Shown in pieces: positions 10,056 to 20,309 of a DNA stretch of 64,000 nt. Origin of the DNA: Desulfuromonadales bacterium (GTDB lineage Bacteria > Desulfobacterota > Desulfuromonadia > Desulfuromonadales > SZUA-540); NCBI GenBank assembly GCA_033549025.1, contig JAWSUS010000001.1, positions 75,590 through 139,589 on the forward strand. Direction: 5' to 3'. How positions within the stretch are numbered: the stretch's first letter is position 1; the number at the start of each line of letters is the position of its first letter. The translations under genes and the position numbers were made by a program. The notes under the pieces were generated by a model. It was not told the origin of the DNA and ran no database searches. It saw nothing but the letters and a program-made list of their open reading frames with translations.

Positions 10056-11020
10056 CTTTCGGTCAGGTGCTTGGGCACGACAGACAGAAAGACCTGCTGC
10101 GACGAGCCATCGCCTCGGGTCGCCTGGCCCATGCCTATCTGTTCCATGGGGCAGACGGCATCGGTAAACGCCTGATGGCCCTGGCTTTTGTCCGCGCCAT
10201 TTTCTGCCAGAACGGCACGGGATGCGGCACATGCACCGCCTGTCGCAAGGTGGATCACCATAATCACCCGGATCTCCACATTATGGAACCCGATGGAGCC
10301 ACCATTAAAATTGAACAGGTGCGAATGATCCAGAAGGAGTTGTCCTTTCGTCCGCTGGAAGCGCCGAAGAAAATCTGCCTGATCGACGGGGCCGAAAAAT
10401 TGAATCCCGCCGCCGGCAACGCCCTCCTGAAAACCCTGGAGGAACCCAAGGGGGAGGCCCTCATCATCCTGCTGTCCGCCCAGAAAGAACGGGTGTTGCC
10501 GACCATCAGGTCACGCTGCCAGCAGATTCCCTTTTATGCTGTCCCCCGCCCCATCCTGCAGCAGGCCCTGCAGGAGAAGCTGGGGCTGAACGAGTCTCAG
10601 GGGCATATTCTCGCGGCCCTCTCGGAAGGGAGCTTCAAAAAAGCCCTGGGTAAGGACAAGGATCTTTTCCTCGACCAGAGACGGGAGCTGCTCAAGGCTC
10701 TTACCGCCTTGTCACCCGGAAGCGTTATTGCCCTGTTCAAACTGGCCGAAGAAATTGCCGGTGAAAAGGAACGTTTTCAAGAGATTCTTGAACTCTTTCA
10801 GGCTTTCTATCGCGACCTGCTTCTGTACAAGCAGGGGATGCCTGAAAGCGAACTGGTCAACATCGACCTGCTGGAAAAGATCCAGCGGGTCGCGAAACGT
10901 GAAAACACGGCCACCCTGCTGGCAAAACTCGAAGCCATCGCCGTCAGTCGGCGGCAGGCGGATCGTAACGTCAACAAACAGCTGGCCATGGAGGTTCTGC
11001 TCATGCGCCTGGCTGCCTGA
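10052..11020 (+). CDS. holB: DNA polymerase III delta' subunit
   Basis: HAYLFHG, CGTCTAC zinc site, HPDL, NALLKTLEEP, TIRSRC; follows tmk. Confidence 0.95.
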   Translation: MTFGQVLGHDRQKDLLRRAIASGRLAHAYLFHGADGIGKRLMALAFVRAIFCQNGTGCGTCTACRKVDHHNHPDLHIMEPDGATIKIEQVRMIQKELSFRPLEAPKKICLIDGAEKLNPAAGNALLKTLEEPKGEALIILLSAQKERVLPTIRSRCQQIPFYAVPRPILQQALQEKLGLNESQGHILAALSEGSFKKALGKDKDLFLDQRRELLKALTALSPGSVIALFKLAEEIAGEKERFQEILELFQAFYRDLLLYKQGMPESELVNIDLLEKIQRVAKRENTATLLAKLEAIAVSRRQADRNVNKQLAMEVLLMRLAA

Positions 11021-11084
11021 GGCAAGGCGCCATTTACGGGCATTTTTCGCCACACTTTCCATATAGAGGAAACGACAGACAACC

Positions 11085-12119
11085 ATGATCCGAATTACTT
11101 CGGTTAAATTCCGCACGGCGGGAAAGCAGTACGATTTCAACAGCCAGGACCTCCCCCTCGAAGCCAATATGCGCGTGGTGGTGGAAACAGACCGGGGCCG
11201 CGCCCTCGGTACGGTCGTGCAGGCTCCCAGGGAAATCGACGAAAAAGAGGCGGCCAAGGAGCTCAAAAACATCATCCGTATCGCGACCGATGAAGACCTG
11301 GCGCTGGCGGCAGCCAACGCCGACCGGGAGAGGGAGGCTTTTCGCATCTGCGCCGCTCGCATCGGCGAGCGCAAGATGGAGATGAAACTGGTGCGGGCCG
11401 AATATCTCTTCGACGGCTCCAAGATCATCTTTTACTTCACCGCCGATGGTCGGGTCGATTTCCGCGAACTGGTCAAGGATCTGGCTCATCACTTTCACAC
11501 CCGCATCGAGATGCGCCAGATCGGCGTGCGCGATGAAGCCAAACTCATTGGCGGGCTGGGTATCTGCGGCAGGGAACTGTGCTGCTGTACCTTCCTGACC
11601 GACTTCGCCCCCGTCTCCGTGCGTATGGCCAAGGAGCAGGGGTTGGCCCTTAATCCCAGCAAGATTTCCGGCCAGTGCGGCCGCCTCCTCTGTTGCCTGG
11701 GGTACGAATTCGAAACCTACTGCTCCTTGCGCAAGCAATTGCCCAAATGCGGTCGCAAAATCCAGGTGGACGGCCAGGAAGGCGAAGTGATCGGCCAGGA
11801 TATCCTGGCCCAGAAAGTCACCATTCGTCTCGGTGACGGGCAGACTCGCCAAGCTACCGTCGATGAGCTGAATCAGGCGGAAAAATCGGGGACCCTGCCC
11901 TCCCCGCCCCCGGCCAAAGAGGGGAAGCGTCCGGAAGGAAGCCGCCGGGACTCCTCCAGAAATCGCAAGCCTCGTCCGGCCGGCGAGAACAAGCCCTCAC
12001 AACCCCGGCCCGAAGGCCGCAAACCTCAGGCCGCCGAAGCCGCCAAGCCTGCCGGTGATGAAGGGGCCGCCAGCCCCCGTAAACGCCGCAGAGGCCGTCG
12101 TCGTCCCAAAAAGAAATAA
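11085..12119 (+). CDS. PSP1-domain protein (RicT/YaaT family) with basic disordered tail
   Basis: RVDFRELVKDLA, GICGRELCC, KISGQCGRLLCCL; tmk-holB-PSP1-metG-tatD order. Confidence 0.9.
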   Translation: MIRITSVKFRTAGKQYDFNSQDLPLEANMRVVVETDRGRALGTVVQAPREIDEKEAAKELKNIIRIATDEDLALAAANADREREAFRICAARIGERKMEMKLVRAEYLFDGSKIIFYFTADGRVDFRELVKDLAHHFHTRIEMRQIGVRDEAKLIGGLGICGRELCCCTFLTDFAPVSVRMAKEQGLALNPSKISGQCGRLLCCLGYEFETYCSLRKQLPKCGRKIQVDGQEGEVIGQDILAQKVTIRLGDGQTRQATVDELNQAEKSGTLPSPPPAKEGKRPEGSRRDSSRNRKPRPAGENKPSQPRPEGRKPQAAEAAKPAGDEGAASPRKRRRGRRRPKKK

Positions 12120-12136
12120 CCTCAGGAGCGTCAAAC

Positions 12137-13669
12137 ATGAGCAAAAACTTCTACATAACGACCCCCATCTATTACGTCAACGACGTCCCTCACATAGGCC
12201 ACGCCTATACCACCCTGGCCTGTGACGTGCTCGCCCGCTACAAGAAGTCCCGCGGGTATGAGGTTTTTTTCCTGACCGGCACGGATGAGCATGGTCAGAA
12301 GGTCGAGAAAGCGGCTCAGGCGGCCGGAGAAACGCCGCTTGAACTGGCCGATCGCGTCGTCAAACGCTTCCAGTCGCTGTGGGAAAAACTCAACATCGAA
12401 AACACCGACTTCATCCGCACCACCCAGGAACGACACAAAGAGGGGGTCCGCGAACTCTTCCGCCGTATCGAAACCAAGGGGGATATCTACCTCGGTGAAT
12501 ATGAGGACTGGTACTGCACTCCCTGCGAGACCTTCTGGACCGAGACCCAGCTTCTCGATGGCAACTGTCCGGACTGCGGACGTCCCACGGACAAGCTCAA
12601 GGAAGAATCCTATTTCTTCCGCATGAGCAAATACCAGGACCAGTTGATCCGCCATATCGAGGAGCACCCTGATTTCATCCAGCCCAAAAGCCGCCGCAAC
12701 GAGGTGCTCAACTTCGTCAAGGAGGGGCTGCGCGATCTTTCCATCTCCCGCACGACTTTTTCCTGGGGCATCCCCGTCCCGGGCAACGACGCTCACGTCA
12801 TTTATGTCTGGTTCGACGCCCTGACCAACTACATCACCGCTCTCGGCTACCCCAACGACCCCGACGGCAACTTTGCCAAGTTCTGGCCCGTCGACGCCCA
12901 CGTCATCGGCAAGGACATTCTGCGTTTCCACACCGTCTACTGGCCGACCTTTCTGCTGGCCGCCGGCGTGCCTTTGCCCAAAAAGGTCTTCGCCCACGGC
13001 TGGTGGACGGTCGAGGGGCAGAAGATGAGCAAGAGTCTGCGCAACGTGGTCGAACCCAACATGCTGATCGACAAGTACGGGGTCGACGCCATCCGCTACT
13101 TCCTGCTGCGCGAGGTTCCCTTCGGGCTCGACGGCGACTTTTCCCACGCCGCCCTCATCCATCGCATCAACTCCGACCTGGCCAACGATCTCGGCAACCT
13201 GATGAGTCGCAGTTCGGCCATGGTCAACAAATATTTTGACGGCATCCTTCCCGAGCCGACGCCCGCTGACGACACGGACAAACCCTTGCTCGACCGCATC
13301 CCCGGAACGCTGCGAGCCGTCGACGAGCACATGGACGCCATGGCCTTCAACAAGGCCCTGCAGCTGATCTGGGACCTCATCAGTGCCGGCAACAAATACA
13401 TCGACGATACGGCGCCCTGGGCCCTGGCCAAGGACGAGATCCAACGGCCCCGCCTCGGCACCGTCATGTACAATCTCATGGAGATTCAGCGTCTCGTTGC
13501 CCTGCTCATCGAACCGTTCATGCCCGACACGGCCCAGAAAATGGTGGAAATTCTCGGGATCGATCCGGCCAGCCAGTCTCTGGAAGAAAAAGGCGCCTGG
13601 GGCGGCTTGCGTCCCGGTACTCGCATCCAGAAAGCGACCCCGCTGTTCCCGCGTATCGAACAGGAATAA
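12137..13669 (+). CDS. metG: Methionyl-tRNA synthetase (short form without C-terminal Trbp111-like domain)
   Basis: FYITTPIYYVN, HIGH, GTDEHG, KMSKS; ends at LFPRIE. Confidence 0.97.
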   Translation: MSKNFYITTPIYYVNDVPHIGHAYTTLACDVLARYKKSRGYEVFFLTGTDEHGQKVEKAAQAAGETPLELADRVVKRFQSLWEKLNIENTDFIRTTQERHKEGVRELFRRIETKGDIYLGEYEDWYCTPCETFWTETQLLDGNCPDCGRPTDKLKEESYFFRMSKYQDQLIRHIEEHPDFIQPKSRRNEVLNFVKEGLRDLSISRTTFSWGIPVPGNDAHVIYVWFDALTNYITALGYPNDPDGNFAKFWPVDAHVIGKDILRFHTVYWPTFLLAAGVPLPKKVFAHGWWTVEGQKMSKSLRNVVEPNMLIDKYGVDAIRYFLLREVPFGLDGDFSHAALIHRINSDLANDLGNLMSRSSAMVNKYFDGILPEPTPADDTDKPLLDRIPGTLRAVDEHMDAMAFNKALQLIWDLISAGNKYIDDTAPWALAKDEIQRPRLGTVMYNLMEIQRLVALLIEPFMPDTAQKMVEILGIDPASQSLEEKGAWGGLRPGTRIQKATPLFPRIEQE

Positions 13670-13708
13670 TCGCCCCGCTTGGCTCACCGACAATTTCGCA
13701 TGTTATCC

Positions 13709-13741
13709 CAAGGGGGCGCTTTTTGGTGCCCCCTTGCTTTT
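13709..13741 (+). terminator. Hairpin with short U-tract between metG and tatD
   Basis: caagggggcgc/ggtgcccccttg stem followed by ctttt. Confidence 0.45.
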
Positions 13742-13749
13742 CAAGAGAG

Positions 13750-15147
13750 ATGGTTATGACCGAACAGCAGCCTTGGCTCATCGACACCCACGCGCATCTG
13801 GACAACGGACAATTCGCCGACGACCGGGAGGAAGTCATCAGCCGGGCCCGCCAAGAGGGCATTCGTTACATCCTTACCGTGGGTTGCGACCTGGAGAGTT
13901 CGCGACAAAATCTGGAGATAGCCGAAAAGCACCCTTTCATCTACGCTGCCGTCGGCATCCATCCTCACGATGCCGCCCAGTTGGACGAAAAGGCGCTGGC
14001 GCAGCTGCGAACCTGGGTGATGGAGAAGAACCGCGTGGTGGCGATAGGTGAAATTGGCCTGGACTTCTACCGCGATCGCTGCCCCAGGGATATTCAGCGT
14101 CAGGCCTTTCGCCAGCAGATCCGGCTGGCCCGCGAACTCAAAATGCCCATCATCGTCCACGACAGGGATGCCCACGCCGAGGTATTGCAGATCCTGAGGG
14201 AGGAGAAGGCCGCTGAGGTTGGCGGCGTCGTCCATTGCTTCAGCGGCGATCTGGCCATGGCCCGCGCCTGCATCGATCTGGGCTTTCTCATCTCCTTTCC
14301 CGGCTCCATCACCTATCCGAAAAACGAGGAAGTTCGCGATCTGATCCGGCAGATTCCGGTAGATCATTTTCTCGTCGAGACCGACTGCCCTTACCTCGCT
14401 CCCCAGCCCCGACGGGGGAAGAGGAACGAACCGGCCCTGGTGCGACATACTGCCGCAACGATCGCGGAGATCAAGGGATTATCTCTTGAGGACGTCTGTC
14501 GAGTGACCAATCTCAACGCCTTCCGGCTCTTCGGCATCGGAGAGTCCGATGCGGCCAGCCGCATCGCCTACCGCATCCGCGACGCCCTCTATCTCAACAT
14601 CACCAACCGCTGCACCAACCGCTGCGCCTTCTGTGCCAAATTCAAGGATTTCACCGTCAAGGGCCATGGCCTGCAACTCGACCAGGAGCCATCCGCGGAG
14701 GAGATTATCGCGGCGATCGGCGACCCGGCCGGCTACACTGAAATCGTCTTCTGCGGTTACGGTGAACCCCTTATCCGCCTGGAGACGGTCAAGGAAGTGG
14801 CCGCCTGGCTCAAGGCCCGTGGTGCCAAGGTACGCATCAACACCGACGGGCAAGCCAACCTGGTGCACGGTCGCAACGTGCTACCCGAGCTCAAGGGCCT
14901 GGTGGACGCCATTTCCGTCTCCCTGAACGCGGCCGACGCCGAAACCTACCAGCGCATCTGTCACTCCCAATTCGGCCTGCCGGCCTATGAGGGCGTCAAA
15001 GCCTTTCTGCGCGAGGCATTAGCCCACATCCCCTCGGTGACGGCCAGCGCCGTCGCCATGCCCGGCATCGATATGGACGCCTGCGCCGACGTGGCCCGAG
15101 ACCTGGGGGTCGAATTCAGGGCGCGACCCTACAACGATCTCGGCTGA
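13750..15147 (+). CDS. tatD: TatD-family nuclease fused to TatD-associated radical SAM domain
   Basis: DTHAH, GIHPH, GEIGLD, HCFSG, ETDCPYL, then YLNITNRCTNRCAFC and VFCGYGEP in the same frame. Start is ATG 13750 or 13756. Confidence 0.92.
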   Translation: MVMTEQQPWLIDTHAHLDNGQFADDREEVISRARQEGIRYILTVGCDLESSRQNLEIAEKHPFIYAAVGIHPHDAAQLDEKALAQLRTWVMEKNRVVAIGEIGLDFYRDRCPRDIQRQAFRQQIRLARELKMPIIVHDRDAHAEVLQILREEKAAEVGGVVHCFSGDLAMARACIDLGFLISFPGSITYPKNEEVRDLIRQIPVDHFLVETDCPYLAPQPRRGKRNEPALVRHTAATIAEIKGLSLEDVCRVTNLNAFRLFGIGESDAASRIAYRIRDALYLNITNRCTNRCAFCAKFKDFTVKGHGLQLDQEPSAEEIIAAIGDPAGYTEIVFCGYGEPLIRLETVKEVAAWLKARGAKVRINTDGQANLVHGRNVLPELKGLVDAISVSLNAADAETYQRICHSQFGLPAYEGVKAFLREALAHIPSVTASAVAMPGIDMDACADVARDLGVEFRARPYNDLG

Positions 15148-15167
15148 CCTCGAACCCCATGGATCTC

Positions 15168-15208
15168 AAAAAAAATGAGCCTGTCAGGCAACTGACAGGC
15201 TCATTTTT
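15168..15208. terminator. Bidirectional intrinsic terminator
   Basis: aaaaatgagcctgtcag-gcaa-ctgacaggctcattttt perfect inverted repeat between convergent tatD and uraA. Confidence 0.9.
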
Positions 15209-15224
15209 CTTTGGGCGGCCAGAT

Positions 15225-16511
15225 CTAATGGGGTACCGCCGGCCCCCGGGCACCATCCTCACCGGAAGTTTTATCCCCCCGGGGGAGGATGAGATTAAGC
15301 AGCACCCCGAGAATCCCGGCTAGACCAATGCCTGAAAGGGTGACCGAACCCAGGGGAATACTCATCCCCCCTACCCCAAAGACAACCACGAGGGAAACAA
15401 TGGCCAGATTGCGTGGTTCCAGCAGATCCTGCCCGGCCCGAACCAGGGTGTTGAGACCAACGACCATGATAGCGCCGAAGAGCAGCAGCATGATGCCTCC
15501 CATGACGGGCACGGGAACCGACTGCAGAAGAGCGCCTACCTTGCCGACAAAAGCCAGCACAATGGCGACCAGAGCCGTCCAGGTCATCACGGCGGGGTTG
15601 TATACCTTGGTCAGAGCAACGGCCCCGGTCACTTCCGAGTAGGTGGTATTGGGGGGTCCCCCCAACATGGCGGCCATGGAAGTGGCCAAACCATCCCCGA
15701 GCAGGGTGCGGTGAACGCCGGGATCTTTCAAATAGTTTTTACCCGTCACCGAACTGACGGCCAGCACGTCCCCAAAGTGTTCAATGGCCGGGGCGATGGC
15801 CACCGGGATCATGAACAGGATCGCCGCGGCATTCCATTCGGGCAGGACGAAATCGGGCATCGCCAGCCAGGCCGCCTCGGCGACCCGGGAAAAGTCGACG
15901 ATGCCGTAGAAAAGCGACAGCAGGTAGCCAACCACCAGCCCGCACAAAATGGGGATGAGGCGTACGACGCCCCGGCCAAAGAGGGAAGCCAGCAACGTTG
16001 CTCCCAAAGAGGCCATGGAAACGATCATGGCCGTCGAGCCGTCCACCAGGATGATGGCGCCATCGCCGGACTTGCCCAAAGCCATATTGACGGCGACAGG
16101 CGCCAGGATGAGTCCGATGACCATGATCACCGGTCCGGTGACGATGGGCGGGAAAATGCGCGCGATGGCTCGGGTTCCGCGCCAGCGCACGAACAGGCTG
16201 AGCAGGATATAAAAGCCACCGGCAGCCACCAGACCGCTCATGGTTGAGGCAATCCCCCAGGTCTGCACCCCATAGATGATGGGCGCGATAAAGGCGAAGG
16301 AGGAAGCCAAAAAGACGGGAACTTTGCCCCCGGTGATCCATTGGAAAAGCAGGGTCCCGACGCCGGCGGTAAAGAGAGCCACATTCGGATTGAGACCGGT
16401 CAGCAAGGGCACTAGGACAAGGGCACCGAAGGCGACAAATAACATCTGGGCGCCGAGCAGGCTGTCTTTGAGTCGGAAATTATAATCCGAGGAAGAGGTT
16501 CGTTCAGTCAT
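15225..16511 (-). CDS. uraA: Uracil permease (NCS2 family)
   Basis: QMLFVAFGALVLVP, SSFAFIAP, EHFGD, GGPPNTTYSEVTG; downstream of upp. Confidence 0.93.
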   Translation of the reverse strand: MTERTSSSDYNFRLKDSLLGAQMLFVAFGALVLVPLLTGLNPNVALFTAGVGTLLFQWITGGKVPVFLASSFAFIAPIIYGVQTWGIASTMSGLVAAGGFYILLSLFVRWRGTRAIARIFPPIVTGPVIMVIGLILAPVAVNMALGKSGDGAIILVDGSTAMIVSMASLGATLLASLFGRGVVRLIPILCGLVVGYLLSLFYGIVDFSRVAEAAWLAMPDFVLPEWNAAAILFMIPVAIAPAIEHFGDVLAVSSVTGKNYLKDPGVHRTLLGDGLATSMAAMLGGPPNTTYSEVTGAVALTKVYNPAVMTWTALVAIVLAFVGKVGALLQSVPVPVMGGIMLLLFGAIMVVGLNTLVRAGQDLLEPRNLAIVSLVVVFGVGGMSIPLGSVTLSGIGLAGILGVLLNLILPRGDKTSGEDGARGPAVPH

Positions 16512-16552
16512 CCTGGCCTTCCTATTAAAGAGTGGAATAAAGGAGAAGAAAT

Positions 16553-17179
16553 CTATTTGGTGCCGAAGATCTTGTCCCCGGCGTCGCCGAGTCCGGGAAT
16601 AATGTAGCCCTGCTCATTGAGTTTTTCGTCGACGGAAGCCACATAGATGTCTACATCGGGGTGGGCAGTCTGCAAACGTTCGATGCCTTCCGGGGCGGCG
16701 ACGAGAAAAAGCCCCTTGATTTTCTGACAGCCCGATTTTTTCAACATATCGATGGCGGCCACGACGCTGCCGCCAGTGGCCAGCATGGGATCGAGAACAA
16801 GGGCCGTTCGATCCGCCATTCTGCGGGTAAATTTCTGATAATAGCTGACCGGCAACAGGGTTTCCTCGTCCCGATAAAGGCCGATGACCCCCACCTTGGC
16901 GCCGGGGATCAGGTCGAGGACCCCGTTCATCATCCCCAGACCCGCTCGCAGAATGGGAACGATGGTGATCTTTTTCCCTTTGATCTGCTCTACTTCGACC
17001 GGCCCGGCCCAGCCCTGAATAACCGCCGTTTCCGTCTCCAGATCTTTGGTGGCTTCATACGTGATCAGGCGGGCCACTTCCGAGGCGAGCTCCCTGAAAT
17101 CCTTGGTGCTGATATTCTTTCTGCGCATGAGCCCCAGTTTGTGTCGAACCAGGGGATGGGTCACTTCAATAACCGCCAC
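16553..17179 (-). CDS. upp: Uracil phosphoribosyltransferase
   Basis: [33 protein letters not shown]. Confidence 0.98.
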   Translation of the reverse strand: MAVIEVTHPLVRHKLGLMRRKNISTKDFRELASEVARLITYEATKDLETETAVIQGWAGPVEVEQIKGKKITIVPILRAGLGMMNGVLDLIPGAKVGVIGLYRDEETLLPVSYYQKFTRRMADRTALVLDPMLATGGSVVAAIDMLKKSGCQKIKGLFLVAAPEGIERLQTAHPDVDIYVASVDEKLNEQGYIIPGLGDAGDKIFGTK

Positions 17180-17230
17180 GGCTGCCTCCTTGTATCGCTA
17201 TGCTCGTCAACATCGTCTTTTCGGGGACAG

Positions 17231-17259
17231 AGAATATTGCAATGCGGCCAAGGGGTCAA
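17231..17259 (-). promoter_or_regulatory. Putative sigma70 promoter for upp-uraA
   Basis: TTGACC-N17-TATTCT. Confidence 0.6.
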
Positions 17260-17280
17260 GAATATGTGGCAGCCGACGAC

Positions 17281-17309
17281 AAAAAAGCACCTCCCGAAGG
17301 AGGTGCTTT
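17281..17309 (-). terminator. Intrinsic terminator after the ferritin-like gene
   Basis: On minus: AAAGCACCTCC-TTCG-GGAGGTGC-TTTTTT (cUUCGg tetraloop). Confidence 0.88.
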
Positions 17310-17334
17310 GTGAAAAACAGGATGATCGAAGCGC

Positions 17335-17826
17335 CTATTGGCCCAATATTTTGGCTTTGCGCTCTTTGAGAACCCGGGCGTGGCGATCCTCCTCGGCGGC
17401 CAGCCAGGTGAAAGCCTCCTTGCCGTCCTCGGTGCGCGCTTGGGCGGCAGCCTTGTGGAAATATTCGGCAAAACGTTCCTCGGCTTCAATCGCGAGGTCC
17501 AAGGCTTCGAGGTCGGAATCGTCTTTTTTCAGCACCTCTTCCAGGCGGGTCGGCGAAGGGAATATCTCGCTGGCGGAGAACCGGCGCAGGTAGGGGAGAA
17601 ATACTTCCTCGCTCTCCCAGAAGGCGCCATCCTCGTATTTCGGTGCCAGATCCTCCAGGGTTTTCAGGTGCCCGACTTCATCCTGGGCCAGCCAGGTGAA
17701 AATTTCCTTGGCGAGAGGGCTTTTGGCCTTGGCCGACATGGTGGAGTAAAACCGATGCCCCTGTTTTTCCACTTCCATGGCGGCTCGAATCACTTCAAAA
17801 CCGCTGAATTCTTCCAATCCAGTCAT
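17335..17826 (-). CDS. Ferritin-like / rubrerythrin-family diiron protein
   Basis: Duplicated motif: AMEVEKQGHRFY...LAQDEVGH and AIEAEERFAEYF...LAAEEDRH. Confidence 0.85.
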   Translation of the reverse strand: MTGLEEFSGFEVIRAAMEVEKQGHRFYSTMSAKAKSPLAKEIFTWLAQDEVGHLKTLEDLAPKYEDGAFWESEEVFLPYLRRFSASEIFPSPTRLEEVLKKDDSDLEALDLAIEAEERFAEYFHKAAAQARTEDGKEAFTWLAAEEDRHARVLKERKAKILGQ

Positions 17827-17882
17827 CTTAATATGGATCTCCTGTCTTTTTTTCAGACCTCTAGCATGATGGCGTCAGCCTG

Positions 17883-20282
17883 TCAACGGCCAAACAAACC
17901 GCGGATGGTGTCTTCCAGCACCTTCTTACCGGCATCCTTGGCCGGATCGGCTTCGCCCTCGGCGGTGTCGTCCGTTTTAAACAGCTTTTTTTCCAACTGG
18001 CGCTGCAGTTCCTGGGCGGCTTTTTCTTTGACCTGCTCCTTGGCCGCACTGGTATCAAGGCCAAAGCGCGGCTTGTCGAGAGTTCCGGCCAACCGCAGGG
18101 GAACGAGCCCCCAACCGTCGGCATCGGTCAGAAATTGACTGACGGTCCCCTTGCTGTCCAGCTTGCGCGACAATTCGGGGGACAGACGCAGATCAAGGGA
18201 GAGATCCAGGGAGCCATCCATGCCCAATGATCCTTTGGGGCTGAACCGTGCGTTGCTTCCGGCCAAAGTGCTCTGAATCAGAAACTTGCCTTTTTCAATG
18301 GTAAAACTGCCGGCGGACTCCCGCACGTTGAGTTCGCGCAGTTCCTCAAGAGCCAGAAAATCCGACAGTCCTTTGACCAAGGCGCTGCCCGACAACTTGC
18401 CGTCCTTGAAAAGAAAATCGCCCGCACCCGAGAGATTGCGGCGTAGGTCGTCCGAAGAAACCCCTTTGCCTTTCAGGGCGAGGTCAAGATCAAGGCCGCC
18501 ATGAACGGTATCGGCCGATTTGGGCAAAAAAGCGGTGACCAAAGGATTCATCTGGGCGCCCTGAACGCGAAACGTCGAATCATAGGCCAGGCCTTTTTGG
18601 CCGAGATCGACTACGGCCTTTTCCGTGAAGGTCCCACCGGCCACATTTCCTGTGAGGGTTTCGAGGGTGAAGATATTGTTTTTCAGCCGATACTTGGCAA
18701 CCATGTTGTCAATGGTCATGCCGCGATAGACCGTCTGGCCGATGCGCGCCTCGCCGGTAACGTCGAGCGGCAAATCGAAGGGGCCGATATCGGCTTGTTG
18801 GTCCTTACCAACCTTCCCGGCAGTCGCTCCACCGTCGCCGGCGGTCGCTTCTTTTTCTTTCCCACCCTGCAGCAAGGGGTCAAGCAGCAGTCGGTCTGCG
18901 GTGAGGCTGTTTTCAATGCGCAGAGGCTTCCCGAACAGGTTGGAGACTTTCAGGTCAATGGCCGCCGTGGTATCCCCCATTTTCAATTCAAGCTGCTGGG
19001 CATCGACGGTCTCCCCCTTGAGGGCGAGCCGGCCGGAAAGCGCCGGCCGCAGGGACGCAACGCTGGCCTGAACCCCGGACAAAACGATTTCCCCCTCACG
19101 CAGGAGTTTCAAGGGTTCGTCCGTCGTACCGGCCAGGTTGAGACGGGCCCTGACCTGACCGGCGGGATCCAGGTCGCCAAGATCAGGAACGAGCCCGGCT
19201 GGAACGGCCTGCAAGGCGGAGCGGATCTCCAGATCGGGCAATTCAACCGTCATATCCAACCGTGGCGCCGTACCGTAGTCCAACACACGCCCCTGCATCC
19301 GGGTCACAATACCGTTGGCCGTCAGCGTGGTCGGTTTGATATCCAGAACCTGCTGGGCTAGGTCGATGTCGAGGTCATAATCAAGGGAGAGTGAGGCGTC
19401 ACGGATTGGAACATCCTTGAGAGCGTCCAAAAGGATATCGAGATCCGAGAGGCTGATCGTGCCTCGCGACAAAAGCCCCTTGCTGTCCCCTTGAGCAGTA
19501 AGATCGAGAGCGACCTTGAGAGCATCGAGACGTCCCGGCAGCTGCTGACGAAAATAGGGCGTAAAGGGCGTGATATCGAGGGGAGAAAGTTTGACGCTGG
19601 CCTCTCCACGCCCCGCAGCCACATTGGCCTTGCCGGCAACGGCGAGGGTCGCTTCCCCCAACACGGCATCCAGGGAGAAGGGGAAATCCTTTTCCAGGGA
19701 GATGTCCTGGGCAGAAAGACTGAGTCCACTCACCTTGTAGCGATAGGGCGCTTCGCCACCGAGACTCCGGTCAAGGAAAAGGACCTCGCCACCGTTCAGG
19801 ACGACCTTGGAGATCAAAAGATCAATGCCGCCACCCTTACCGTCCTCCACGGGCTGAGAAACGGGCGCCTTTTCTTCTGCAGGAGGATTCTTTTCAGCCA
19901 TCAGATCGCTAAAATTGAAAGTGCCGTCCGGCAGGCGCTCTATGCGAATTTTGGGTTCTTCAAGGCGAACTTCGTCGACCACCACCTTCATGAAAAGAAG
20001 CGGCCAGAAGCGGTAGCGCAGAACCAGTTTCTCAGCCGCCACAAAATATTCCCCGCCTTGAGGTTCAGCGATGCGCAGCTGACTGAGCCCAATCCCCGAA
20101 AAGAGACTGACCTGGACATCCCCCAACTCGACCTTGCGGTTGAGGGTTTTTTCAGCCAGAGGAAGAACGGTGTTTTTTACCCTTTCCGGGGTGATCAGAA
20201 CCTTGGCGAGCACTCCAGCCGTCACGACCAGAACCACCACCACTGCCAGAACTATCGCGGCGTATTTACCAGCTTTTTTCAT
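17883..20282 (-). CDS. AsmA-family envelope protein
   Basis: N-terminal TM anchor, IRIERLPDGTFNFSDL motif, beta-rich repeats, LRLAGTLDKPRFGLD C-terminal motif. Confidence 0.85.
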   Translation of the reverse strand: MKKAGKYAAIVLAVVVVLVVTAGVLAKVLITPERVKNTVLPLAEKTLNRKVELGDVQVSLFSGIGLSQLRIAEPQGGEYFVAAEKLVLRYRFWPLLFMKVVVDEVRLEEPKIRIERLPDGTFNFSDLMAEKNPPAEEKAPVSQPVEDGKGGGIDLLISKVVLNGGEVLFLDRSLGGEAPYRYKVSGLSLSAQDISLEKDFPFSLDAVLGEATLAVAGKANVAAGRGEASVKLSPLDITPFTPYFRQQLPGRLDALKVALDLTAQGDSKGLLSRGTISLSDLDILLDALKDVPIRDASLSLDYDLDIDLAQQVLDIKPTTLTANGIVTRMQGRVLDYGTAPRLDMTVELPDLEIRSALQAVPAGLVPDLGDLDPAGQVRARLNLAGTTDEPLKLLREGEIVLSGVQASVASLRPALSGRLALKGETVDAQQLELKMGDTTAAIDLKVSNLFGKPLRIENSLTADRLLLDPLLQGGKEKEATAGDGGATAGKVGKDQQADIGPFDLPLDVTGEARIGQTVYRGMTIDNMVAKYRLKNNIFTLETLTGNVAGGTFTEKAVVDLGQKGLAYDSTFRVQGAQMNPLVTAFLPKSADTVHGGLDLDLALKGKGVSSDDLRRNLSGAGDFLFKDGKLSGSALVKGLSDFLALEELRELNVRESAGSFTIEKGKFLIQSTLAGSNARFSPKGSLGMDGSLDLSLDLRLSPELSRKLDSKGTVSQFLTDADGWGLVPLRLAGTLDKPRFGLDTSAAKEQVKEKAAQELQRQLEKKLFKTDDTAEGEADPAKDAGKKVLEDTIRGLFGR

Positions 20283-20309
20283 GAATTCCCCCGTTAATAG
20301 TAAAAATCC

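Noticed and set aside
12137..13669. metG lacking the C-terminal dimerisation domain as a truncation
   Set aside because: Short monomeric MetRS forms are common, and the protein ends at the usual LFPRI motif.
12131..13693. 520-aa antisense ORF over metG, and similar long shadow ORFs (2088-3416, 21209-22657, 31725-33224, 47459-48988, 53511-54953)
   Set aside because: They mirror well-supported genes on the opposite strand and have no recognisable motifs. Such ORFs are expected from GC-rich codon bias.
17180..17260. PyrR-type attenuator or riboswitch upstream of upp-uraA (also checked the purM leader)
   Set aside because: The leaders are short and I could not recognise a PyrR-binding loop, terminator or aptamer.
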